A DNA stretch of 64,000 nt from Proteromonas lacertae (lineage: Eukaryota). This document shows, one piece after another, positions 1 through 10,312 of this stretch. Every line of letters starts with the position of its first letter. Within the stretch, counting starts at the first letter, position 1. The stretch lies in contig NGBS01000593.1 of NCBI GenBank assembly GCA_002245135.1, positions 1 through 64,000 of the forward strand. Reading direction: 5' to 3'. The translations under genes and the position numbers were made by a program. The notes under the pieces were generated by a model, which made no database searches, was not told where the DNA came from, and was given only the letters and a program-made list of their open reading frames with translations.

Positions 1-242
1 TGTCATTCATACAAATTAGATGTGACTGGGTTAATAGTGGGGAAATTCAATGGTTTTAGCTAACATACCTGTGAAAGATCTTAATACTAACTACACCACA
101 TTCACTAATCCACAAATTGAATGACAGCTAAGAAGATGCAATATCACGAATATCAACGAATGACTATATCAGTCACACAACAAGATGGTTATGCAATTTA
201 TTTAAAAACTTACCTATTTATTTTGAGATTATTTTGTATTAA
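1..242 (+). pseudogene. Minor capsid (penton) protein, C-terminal part, frameshifted
   Basis: Joined frames read FIQIRCDWVN...VLANIPVKD...FTNPQI...MTISVTQQDGYAIY..LPIYFEIILY*. This matches the PLV/Polinton mCP C-terminal pattern and lies directly upstream of the MCP. Confidence 0.6.
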
Positions 243-294
243 TAAATTTCTTGCTATTTTAAGTATTTTTAATCTTTTAAAAATAACATAAATT

Positions 295-1718
295 ATGTCA
301 ATCACTGCTATACCTAATTCACAAAAGCATGAAAGCATTGTGCCAGCTTACATACCAATTTACAACCATATTTTAGTTACTCCAAACCAAAGCAGGAATG
401 AGACTGGTTTTATCTTTAAATTCAAACAGTGATGCTATTACATTTGAAATATCTGGTGATAATTGTGTTAACTTATCAAAAAGCTATTTTGAATTCATAT
501 TAGATTATACTACAGGTCAAACTAGAGCTCATGCTGCTGCAGATTCAGGTAATTGGGATATGCCTTTTGTACCTAAAAGAGATACTAGTGGCAAATAATT
601 TAGATAAACTAACATTGAAGAATACTATGAATTTTGGTACATAAAAGTATACAACAAAACAGGAACTTTGCTATGTGATTTGGATACTAGTTATAATGAA
701 TATAGAGATTTAGCTCATGAAATTGCAAATCAATTTCCTTATGATTTAAAAGAACCAGATTATTACAAGAAAATATTTGATGGTTTAGGATTTAATACTG
801 CAAATCAAAAAATAGGTGAAAATTTATTATGTCATTCAGCTAATACATTAAATCCAAGTGGAGGTGTTCAAAATTATTATGTAATGCAAAATGGTATGAC
901 AGATACATTACATGGTCAAATACTGTGTAGATTTCATTTTGCAGACATTATACAATACTATTTTAGCTTTGAAGAATGATATTTATTTTGGTGAAGTAAT
1001 ATACATACAATTCACATTTGCACCTATAATGAATTGGGTTCATCATAATGATGGAGATAAATATATAAACCAATGGCAAGCATTTTTAGGAATGAAAATA
1101 GTTAATCCTCATCTTTATGTTTGTTATAACAAAGATCCAACTTGCAATGCCAATACCATCAATTATTCAACTCATCATCCTATTGGACTTTACTGATTTT
1201 AACATAGTTCAAATAACTAAAGATCCTATTCCAGGTAATAGTACTTTTAACTATAACTTCAGTATTAATAGCAGCATTGGAAGTTATGTTAAGTTTATAT
1301 TATACAGAGCATACATAAATGATGCTTATATAAGAACTATAGTTCCTTTTGATAAAGAAGAAGATAGAATTAGATGGCAAATTAATGATTTTGTCTATAC
1401 TCCTGATTATTTATATCCTGCAAAATACCAAACTTGGGAATATATGAGAAATATTATTCAAAATACATTATATGAAAAATGTTCAGCATATTCATTCCCT
1501 TATAGATTCTTTGATGTATTAAATTTCAGTACTGATCGATTAACTGAATTAAAATTAAGAGCTGGTAAAGACTTAGCAAGTGATTTAAAATTACTTTGGA
1601 TTGCTCAAATCATGATTTTGATACTGCAAAAAATACTTATACAATTCATCATAAATTCTATATTATTACAGGTAAACAATTAGTTATTGGACCAAGAGGT
1701 GTTGAGAAAGTAGTATAA
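295..1718 (+). pseudogene. Major capsid protein (double jelly-roll, PLV type), about 470 aa, several frameshifts
   Basis: ATG at 295. N-terminal ITFEISGDNCVNLSKSYFEF and C-terminal ITGKQLVIGPRGVEKVV* fit PLV MCPs. Split across ORFs 398-598, 668-979, 912-1196 and 1117-1683; sits between mCP and ATPase. Confidence 0.7.
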
Positions 1719-1789
1719 ATAACACTTTATTATTGACTTCTATTTTTATTTTTTGATTTCTCACTACATAATATATATATACACACACT

Positions 1790-2551
1790 ATGTTTAAATT
1801 TGAAAAAATAAATAATATACAAATTGAACCTGTTGATGGTGGTGAGTCTTTTGATCCTAAGAAAATTCTGGGATATGATTACTTTAATGAGCCTTTCTGC
1901 AATATATTTATTGTAGCTCGTAAGAACAGTGGGAAAACTACTTTGATATACAATATATTAAGACATATTATAGATCCAAAATATAAGAAAAAACAACATG
2001 TACATTTTTTCGTAGGCACAATTAAACAAGATAGGATATATGATTCAATTAAAGAGTTATTAGATTATAATGAAATTAGTTATGATGAAAACGATTCATT
2101 ATTTGAACCTTATTCAGGAGATAATTTAGTAGAGAAGTTAATGAAATCAATTGATGATACAAACAAAGATAATTATGAGTATGCAGAACATATTATAATA
2201 TTTGATGATCTTAGTTTAGAGTTGAAAACAGCTAATATCATACCAGTATTAATGAAAGAAAATAGACATTTAAAATCAAAAATTATAATTAGTAGTCAAT
2301 ATATTACTGATATAGTACCTTCAGCAAGATCACAAGTAGATTATTGTTTAACATTTTATGGATTGAGTAATAGAAATTTGTTTGACTTATACAACTCATT
2401 GAATATATGGATACCTGAATATGAAACATTTAAAGAGTTATATTTAGCTGTTACTAAGCCACAATATAACTTCTTATATATTGATAATGTTAAAAAAGTG
2501 TTTAGAGCTAACTTTAATATTTTGATTGAAGATCATTCTGAAGTTTCTTGA
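1790..2551 (+). CDS. A32-like (FtsK-HerA superfamily) DNA packaging ATPase
   Basis: Walker A ARKNSGKTT, Walker B IIIFDDL, arginine-finger region KENRHLKSKIIISSQY, ARSQVDY and C-terminal YNFLYID; 253 aa, intronless. Confidence 0.92.
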   Translation: MFKFEKINNIQIEPVDGGESFDPKKILGYDYFNEPFCNIFIVARKNSGKTTLIYNILRHIIDPKYKKKQHVHFFVGTIKQDRIYDSIKELLDYNEISYDENDSLFEPYSGDNLVEKLMKSIDDTNKDNYEYAEHIIIFDDLSLELKTANIIPVLMKENRHLKSKIIISSQYITDIVPSARSQVDYCLTFYGLSNRNLFDLYNSLNIWIPEYETFKELYLAVTKPQYNFLYIDNVKKVFRANFNILIEDHSEVS

Positions 2552-2595
2552 TGTTTTTATTAATTTTGTTATTTTATTGTTTATTAATTCAAAAA

Positions 2596-3378
2596 ATGTT
2601 TATTGGGGAACGAAATACTTCAGATATAAATATTGATACAGATAAGCTTGCTAAAGATATAGCTGACAAAATAAATATACAACCTACTGATCCTGATACT
2701 ATTGTTAAACCTATTAATAATCATACTGATACTCAAATAAATAATATTATTACACCTGTTAATGATATCAAAACTACTACAAATACTATATATGGTAAAT
2801 GTCAAGAAATATATAATGTTGTAAATAATAGCTCTGGTAGCACTACAATAGTTAATAATTCTGTATCACCTAAATTATTGCATACTGAATATACATATTG
2901 GTCAGTTAATTTCTATATATTTCAAGATGGTTCCATCAATCAATATGAATCTACTGTAAAAGTACCTATAAAAATTCAAATGTTTGAACATTTTATGAGA
3001 ATCAAGATATACAATGGCCTTGTTTTAAAAAATCATGATGATGGTTATGGATTTATATTATATCTAGATGACAATCATGTTATTAAAGCTGAACCAGGTA
3101 AAGAAGATTTATTGCAACAATATTATAACAAATTATTAGAAACATACTTTGTAGATGGTAGTAATGGAATATACTTCCCTATACAAGGTGTAATAAATGA
3201 AACTTCACAACCTGCAATTAATGATTATGGATGTTTTTGGCCTATATTAAGAAATAATAATAATAAATGTAATCTTTATATAGAACGAAAAGGTCTTGAT
3301 GCATATTCATATCAAGCATTCCCACCTCAAGTTATTATAACAGAGTGGATGGATACAGGTGTTACAGAACCATTTTAA
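2596..3378 (+). CDS. Viral hypothetical protein (possible fibre/spike-like)
   Basis: Intact intronless ORF from ATG 2596 (MFIGERN). The N-terminus is rich in D/I/N/T repeats and is followed by a beta-rich globular region. Confidence 0.6.
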   Translation: MFIGERNTSDINIDTDKLAKDIADKINIQPTDPDTIVKPINNHTDTQINNIITPVNDIKTTTNTIYGKCQEIYNVVNNSSGSTTIVNNSVSPKLLHTEYTYWSVNFYIFQDGSINQYESTVKVPIKIQMFEHFMRIKIYNGLVLKNHDDGYGFILYLDDNHVIKAEPGKEDLLQQYYNKLLETYFVDGSNGIYFPIQGVINETSQPAINDYGCFWPILRNNNNKCNLYIERKGLDAYSYQAFPPQVIITEWMDTGVTEPF

Positions 3379-3513
3379 TCTTTATTATGATTATTTTATT
3401 ATGTTTATTATAAAATTTATTATATTTTTATTATATTATATGATTTTTATTAAATTACGCATATTTTTAAACCCTGTCCCAAATCATTTTAAGATAAAGA
3501 TTCGTTTTAAAAT

Positions 3514-3993
3514 TTAGAGTATGTTTATCGTAGTTTGATCATTGTTTCCTTTAACTTCTTCTTGTGCTTCTTCTTCCTCATCATCATCACTATCATCAAA
3601 TATATAATTCTTCTTTACATAATGTTTCAACATAGGATTCTTCTTCAAATGAACACTTTCCATTCCTTCAGGTAGTGTTAACCATTCAATATACTTATCA
3701 AACACTGCAAAATAATGTCTATTTAATCCTCTTGGTTTTACTGATGGTTTAATATCGAAAAGCATCATGTAATATCTCTTATCACTGTACTTAGTCCACA
3801 TCTTTTGATGGCAAATAGCACAGAATTCATTATAAGACTTTATCTCTTCCTTAGGTAATGGACTATCTAAAACTGCACTTATGTTATGGTTAAAATATAA
3901 GTAAAACTTACATGTTCCACATATACACTTATCTAAATAATCTTCATTATTTCTAAATGAACAAAAGAAAGCAAAGTTTACTGAAGCACACAT
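3514..3993 (-). CDS. Viral hypothetical Cys-rich (Zn-finger-like) protein with acidic tail
   Basis: ATG at 3993 (MCASVNF); CICGTC and CAICH motifs; D/E-rich C-terminus. Confidence 0.6.
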   Translation of the reverse strand: MCASVNFAFFCSFRNNEDYLDKCICGTCKFYLYFNHNISAVLDSPLPKEEIKSYNEFCAICHQKMWTKYSDKRYYMMLFDIKPSVKPRGLNRHYFAVFDKYIEWLTLPEGMESVHLKKNPMLKHYVKKNYIFDDSDDDEEEEAQEEVKGNNDQTTINIL

Positions 3994-4633
3994 ATTTATA
4001 TATTTTTTGATAAAAAACGGTTTTTTCAAAAATGCCAGGAAAATCAAAACTGTTTCTTTTTTCTGTTTATAACAACAGTTTCTCGTCAGAATTTCGATTT
4101 ATTAAAAAATATAGAATACTGCAGATAATTCTTTAAATATATATTTTTGATACTATTTAAATTCTTTTGAATGTTTTTAACTACACTATATAAATCCATG
4201 AATAAATTGATAAATGAAAAAAAATAACCAAAAAAAAAGTAAGAACGCATTCTGTAGCTTGGCCACCACACTATTTAATCACTAAGTCCTAGTCAGGCTA
4301 CACAGGACACGCTACTTACTTACATAGAAATACATTTCTTATTCTATAAAGTAGCTACCCTGCCGGGGTAGAACAGGTAGCTACTTATCTATTTATACAC
4401 TTTATTTCTACTATCCTACACTACAAACTATTAAAAACATAAAAATAAATTTTAACCCATAAATTTATTCACACACTAAAATATATACACAATTTTAAAT
4501 TCACCGCTTGCTCCAGTATAACCCGTACCAAAAACTAATTCACACTCAAATCGCTTATTCTTACCTGTAGAAGGCACCTAAGAATAGTCTGGTACGGTTT
4601 ACCCACATACAGTGATATTCTTACGGTTATACA

Positions 4634-5592
4634 TATATATCTTAAAATAATAATCTTTACCTCTTTTTACTACATCAATATGATTATCAGTGATAAATAT
4701 TGAATATCGATTATTATCAACAAAAACAGAGCTACGTAAATGTAAAGGTGCTTCTGGTTCAACTGGTGTGCCTTCTGGTTCTGTATCTTTAGTATGAATT
4801 GCTTTATCATGTCTTCTTCCAACAAATTTCTTCGATCTCTTCAAAACACTCGATTTTTTGTCAGTTGAGCAGATTGTTGTTCCCCGTATGGCGGAAATCC
4901 CCGTATGGCGGAACTCTATATTGCAGAATGATTCAATCAAAACTAATATGATATTCATGATGTTCGGAGTTAGTTATTAACAAATATATAGTTAGTTTGT
5001 CATATGACCTACATCTGTGATATACTTTTTTATGAACTTCATTATTATCAATATTAAACTAAATTTTGTATATTTTCTATTTTAATGTATCAGTGACTAA
5101 TACAGTCTAAAATACATTATCTGATATGAATAGAATTCACTATTTTTAATGTTAAGGTGGTCAAAAAAGAAAAAAGAAAAATAAGTTCAAGCCTCACTCA
5201 AGCCTGCTCTTTAATTTCCTTTTTTATTATCTTAACATTAAAAATAATGTATTCTATTCATATCAGATAATGTATTTTAGACTGTAGTAGTGACTGATAC
5301 ATTAAAATAGAAAATATACAAAAATTAGTTTAATATTGATAATAATGAAGTTCATAAAAAAGTATATCACAGATGTAGGTCATATGACAAACTAACTATA
5401 TATTTGTTAATAACTAACTCCGAACATCATGAATATCATATTAGTTTTGATTGAATCATTCTGCAATATAGAGTTCCGCCATACGGGGATTTCCGCCATA
5501 CGGGGAACAACACAGATAACAGAGACTAACAAAGCAAATAACACAAGTACTACACATTATATATATTCAAATATACTTCTAACACTCTTCAT
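4634..5592 (-). pseudogene. Surface-protein family copy A, 5' part, interrupted by the fold-back element and truncated by the virus
   Basis: Nearly identical to the 5' end of copy D (12490-12799): CSTDKKSSVLKRSKKFVGRRHDKAIHTKDTEPEGTP. Confidence 0.88.
4875..5512. mobile_element. Non-autonomous fold-back/MITE DNA transposon, 638 bp
   Basis: 282-bp near-perfect inverted arms (4875-5156 / 5231-5512) with TGT...ACA termini. TSD CAGAT at 4870-4874 and 5513-5517; the empty site is seen in paralog D at about 12720. TCCCCGTATGGCGGAA occurs twice at each end. Confidence 0.95.
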
Positions 5593-6508
5593 TTTATTGA
5601 AATAATAAGTTGAAACGAATTTATAAAATTCTAATTTTTTGAATAAATTAATTCTATTGGTTAAAAATAGAAATTGTTTTTTCAATCTACTTCAAAGGCA
5701 CATTTCTAAGCTAAATCATTTTTTGAGTTTTTTTAATTATATAATTTTATTTTTCTATTTTTCTTCTAGATTTATTGTTTTCTTCTTGTTTAAACTCAAA
5801 AAATAAAAAATGAAGTAAATGAGATTATTATAAAGATACTCATATAAATCTTTTTACTTATATGAATATAATCAATAATAATGAGATTAAGAATATACTT
5901 ATCATATATTCTACACTTCCATCATCTTGAATTCCATCTACTTCTCTTATTTCATTAATTCTATCTTCAAATTCTTTTAGAGCATTATTTTTAACATTAG
6001 TACAATCAGTATAGTCATTTCCTTTAAAACCAACATATTTGTGATAAAAATAACTATCATCTCATACTTGCACAATAATTTTTATTAATTTGAGTATAAT
6101 ATAAACCAGCTGATTTGAAAGAAATATAGAATGATAAATATTTATATTTTGTTGCATCTAATACTTCATATCCATTACTAAATACAAATCTGTTGTATAA
6201 AGAAGATATTCTATATCCACTATCTTCAATAGAATTATATATCAAACATTTGCTATCTGGTACTGAATTAATATTTTTCGAAATACTATCAACAATTCCA
6301 TTCAATGCTGCTGAATCTATTCGAATAATAATAAAACTATACCATATTCAGTCAATTTGTCTTAATCAAGTCAATCGTAAGAGCATCAGAATTTATTTTC
6401 CTCAATTTAATACCTATTTAAAGTCGAGTCAAACTTGTTTATTTATATTGGTTAGAAATACCGTTAAGTCACTAACAAAAGCAAATAATTTGACCGTTTA
6501 ATAACAGT

Positions 6509-6850
6509 TGTTGTACGCCGTTGGGAGATAAAAGAGTTTTAGATTACGTTGAAGTTATAAACGTAACCTTAAGCCCCGAAATATTACAAATATACACTTA
6601 GTTTTTCATAAAAGTTATGTTGACTGTATATCGTATTGTTCTGTTTAATCAGTTATATATCCAACATTGTTTGTTTATACTTCATATTAAACATCTATAG
6701 CAATAGTAGAAAACGAAACTAAGGTTTTAAAATGAATAGAATATAAAAACTTTTATAACTTTATACTGAATATTAAGATTGAAAAAATAAGCTTGAAAGA
6801 GGCTTGAACTCGATTTTTATTTTTCCATTTTTAATTACCTTAACATCAAT
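6509..6850. mobile_element. Diverged partial relative of the fold-back element
   Basis: Starts TGTTGTACGCCGT. Collinear blocks TATTACAAATATACACTTAGTTTTTCATA (6582), ATGAATAGAAT (6732) and GCTTGA..GAGGCTTGAACT...ACCTTAACAT match the arm and core of 4875-5512 at the same spacing (150 vs 151 nt). Confidence 0.55.
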
Positions 6851-7128
6851 TTTTTCGCATCTTATTCATCTCAGCTGATGTAATTTTGTCTGTAGTAGCT
6901 ATTGAAACAAAAAAATATTGAATGAAGTAAATAGAGAGTAGGAGGAAAATATTATGTATCCTCGAACTGTATAATAAGGTATTTATGTCTTTCTGGCAAT
7001 TTCGGCACAGTTTAAATAATATGGAGTACATTCTAAATTAAACTCAAAAAATTAAAAATGAAATATATTTTTGTACCCACAATTTTTCAAACACCCATTT
7101 TCTTATAGTGACTTTACAGTATATTTTT

Positions 7129-7776
7129 ATGGGTGGAGTAGTTTCTCACTCGCCAAGGATAGCAGATAATAATTTCGATTACCAATTTAAATTGTTATTG
7201 ATAGGCGATACTGGTGTTGGCAAGAGTAGGTATGTCTATAATAATAATTAATATGTTTATAGTATTTTGATAAGATATACAGAAAATAATTTCAGTCATA
7301 TCATTCAGAGTACAATCGGAGTAGATTTTAAAATAAAACTAACCGAAGCGAAAGGTAAGAAAATAAAAATGAGAATTTGGGATATTGCAGGTCAAGAACG
7401 TTTTAGAACATTAACAAATTCATTTTATCGTGGAGCACAGGGAATTATGCTAGGTATTTCTATCTGATTATAACATTTTCTAGTTTATGATGTAGCAAGA
7501 AGAGAGACCTTTGAAAATTTAGGTGCATGGGTAACAGAAGTAGATACCTATAGTTCTAATGGTGGTAAAGATGAAATAAAGTTACTAGTAGCAAATAAAA
7601 TAGATATGGAGGATCAAGCAGTTTCAAGAGAAGAAGCTGAAGCTTGGGCACGTAGTAAAGGAATGTTATTTGTAGAAGCAAGTGCAAAGACAGGAGTAGG
7701 TGTAGATCAATGTTTTGAAGAATTAGTTAATAAAATATTAGATAGTCCAGTATTAATTGCTGAAGCTACATGGTAA
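7129..7776 (+). CDS. Rab18-like small GTPase, 2 introns
   Basis: [40 protein letters not shown] and EASAK motifs. Starts MGGVVS and ends IAEATW* with no Cys. Confidence 0.88.
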
Positions 7777-8137
7777 GTTAAAGATACTCATAGAATATAA
7801 TGTATCAATCTTATTAAATTATTTGAGCAAATTAATCAAATTGACTTAATTGATTATCTAATCCATATATCTCCATCATCAATATCCCCTTGTTGTTTCA
7901 AGTATAATTAAATAATATTTATTACTTCTCGCATGAAAATCACCACTAAGTTGCAAAGGTGCTATGAATAGCATTAACTTATGTTGAACCAACAGATTTC
8001 TTCGATCTCTTCAAAACACTCGGTTTTTTGTCAGTTGAGCAGATAACACTCTTCATTTTATTGAAATGTGTAAATCATACCCGAAAAAAACAAAAATGAA
8101 GTAAATGAGATAATTAGTTGATATGAATCTTATTTAC

Positions 8138-10312
8138 TTACATGAATATGATGAATAGTAAGGATACTAAGCACATGCTTACTACATATTTTACACTTCC
8201 ATCATCAATTCCTTCTTCTCTTCTAACTTCACTAATTCTGTCTTCAAATATTCTAAGTTCATTATTCTTCAACTCTACATTACAATCTACATAATCATTT
8301 CCTTTTAAATTAACATGTTTATAAAAGAATGGCTCATTTACAGATAAATATTGATTATCACCAAAACGAATATAATAATTACTTCCTTCTGTATAATAAT
8401 AACCATCAGTTTTTGCACTATATGAAAAGCTTATACTTTTTAATTCAGATTGTTTATCAATATTATATTCATTAACTAACAATACTCTATTGTATAAAGC
8501 AGATGATGAATCACTATTCTCTGTTGTGTAATTCTCTCTTAAGCATCTGTCATTTGGAATTGGTAATGTGAATTTTGTAATACTATTTATTATTTCTATT
8601 AATTTTGTTGGATCTATTTAGCAATAATAATGATAATAATAATACTATCATATATTTTTAACGTTATTTCTTCAGTTACTGTTTCACTATCCAAATTATA
8701 TATGGTTAATCTTTTCTCGTTTTCATTTCCACTTATATTGTAATCTTTTTCTATAAAGTTACTAGCAAGAGTGTTAATATTAACTCCACATCTACTGAAT
8801 TTTGATGAACTATCCTTTAATGGAATAAATGCTTTACAAGATGGATCTGATTCTGATTCTTCATAATATTCTGCTTCAACTCCACTCTTTGTTTGATCAA
8901 CATCTTCATCATTTAAATTCTCAACTTTCACTGATTCTATTAACATATTAACATTACAATCTATACTTGTAGTTGAATCTAATGTCAAAACTAATTTCAA
9001 TTCTACTACGTTACGTTGTTGATATGCATAACCATTTTGACCTTTTTGTTGGATAATAGTCAACTCATTTCCAATTAAGAAATATCCTTTATAATATCCA
9101 CTGTAACTTTCTTGCGCTTCTTCATAATAATATGCTTTTGTTGATTCTTCTTTTATTTCTTTCTTGTTTTCTTCTTCTGCTTCTTCTAATAATGATCTTC
9201 TCAGACTGTTTGAATTTGGATTAAAGTCTCTTGCAGTAATATACATTTTATTAAAAGCACTATTAAAACCACCATCAAAATCAGATGATTTAACATAACA
9301 TTCTGAATTGTACAAATTCCAAAATCTACCATCTTCATAGTTGCTAGAACTAACCTTACATACATACTTACAATCACTTGCTAAACACAAATAATAATAT
9401 CCATTACTATTTGATCCTTTGTATTCTACTTCTGTGTAATTACCTTTATCTGTTATAGTTACGTTTCTACTAGTATAAGAGAATGTATATTCTCTATAAC
9501 GTACTTCCATCATTTTTTTCCCTTTTACTTTTGTTATTGATCCTTCTTTGCTTATCACAAACTCAGCTGTTGGTGAATATGTTTCTTTTCTTATGTTATT
9601 CAACTTATATTTCATTTCATCCACACTTTCTATTCATAAATATATGATATATAATCTACATACGTTGTTGATTAATATCTTCATTGGAGTCATTTATATT
9701 TAACTTACACACAGTTTCAGTATAATCATCTCCATAATCTTTCTCTTCACAAAATATTTTCTTTGCTGTCTTAACTCTTGTTACTGTTCCTTTTATTAAT
9801 CCATATTCATCTATACATTTGTCTTTTATATCTCTATAATGTGAGTAAGATTCAAAATTATACGCATAACTGTGTTCTACACCCTTCTCAGCACCACAAT
9901 CCTCTAATCCACTATTTGAGCTAAACAAAAATTTAGAATTAGTGTGATCCAGTTCTATTTCGCTTAAATTAACAATCTTATCTTTTATCTCCTTTTTATA
10001 AGTAAATACCCATTTATAATAATAATCTTTACCTCTTTTAATAGCATTTATTGTTTCGTCAGTTATTAATAAGAACAAATTATTATTCATTTCACCACTA
10101 AGGTGCAATGGAGTTTCTGGTTCAATTGGTGTGCCTTCTGGTTCGGTATCTTTAGTGTGAATTGCTTTATCGTGTATTGTTCCAACAAATTTCTTCAATC
10201 TTTTCAAAACACTCGATTTTTTATCAGTTGAGCAAAGAATTGGCATCAATAATGCAAATAATACAAGAACTATTGATTAATTATCATAAAATATACTTCT
10301 AACACTCTTCAT
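8138..10312 (-). CDS. Surface-protein family copy C (signal peptide, RRSLLEE site, C-terminal GPI-type signal), apparently intact
   Basis: Multi-exon (ORFs 9656-10249, 8614-9624, 8138-8482); conserved Cys; ends DDGSVKYVVSMCLVSLLFIIFM*. Confidence 0.85.

Larger units (their letters stand above)
1..4633. mobile_element. Endogenous Polinton-like virus/virophage-type element (one end only; the rest lies upstream of the window)
   Basis: Intronless tandem mCP-MCP-packaging ATPase module plus two orphan ORFs. A non-coding structured end terminates in ...TACGGTTATACA (4633), where homology to the host surface-protein gene resumes. Confidence 0.85.
5858..8056 (-). pseudogene. Surface-protein family copy B; middle replaced by about 1.6 kb of unrelated DNA
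   Basis: 3' exon 5858-6349 has an in-frame stop and a 3' end near-identical to copy D. A 5' remnant lies at about 7990-8056. Confidence 0.8.

Noticed and set aside
4881..4913. Tandem GC-rich repeats as a CRISPR-like array
   Set aside because: Only two adjacent units without spacers, mirrored at the other end; they are transposon subterminal repeats.
4599..4958. 119-aa ORF in the ORF track
   Set aside because: Chimeric read-through: it starts in the fold-back arm, crosses surface-gene copy A and stops in the viral terminus.
4875..5512. Long palindrome as a fold-back sequencing artefact
   Set aside because: Flanked by a 5-bp TSD, has a unique spacer and arm mismatches, and the host gene continues correctly on both sides.
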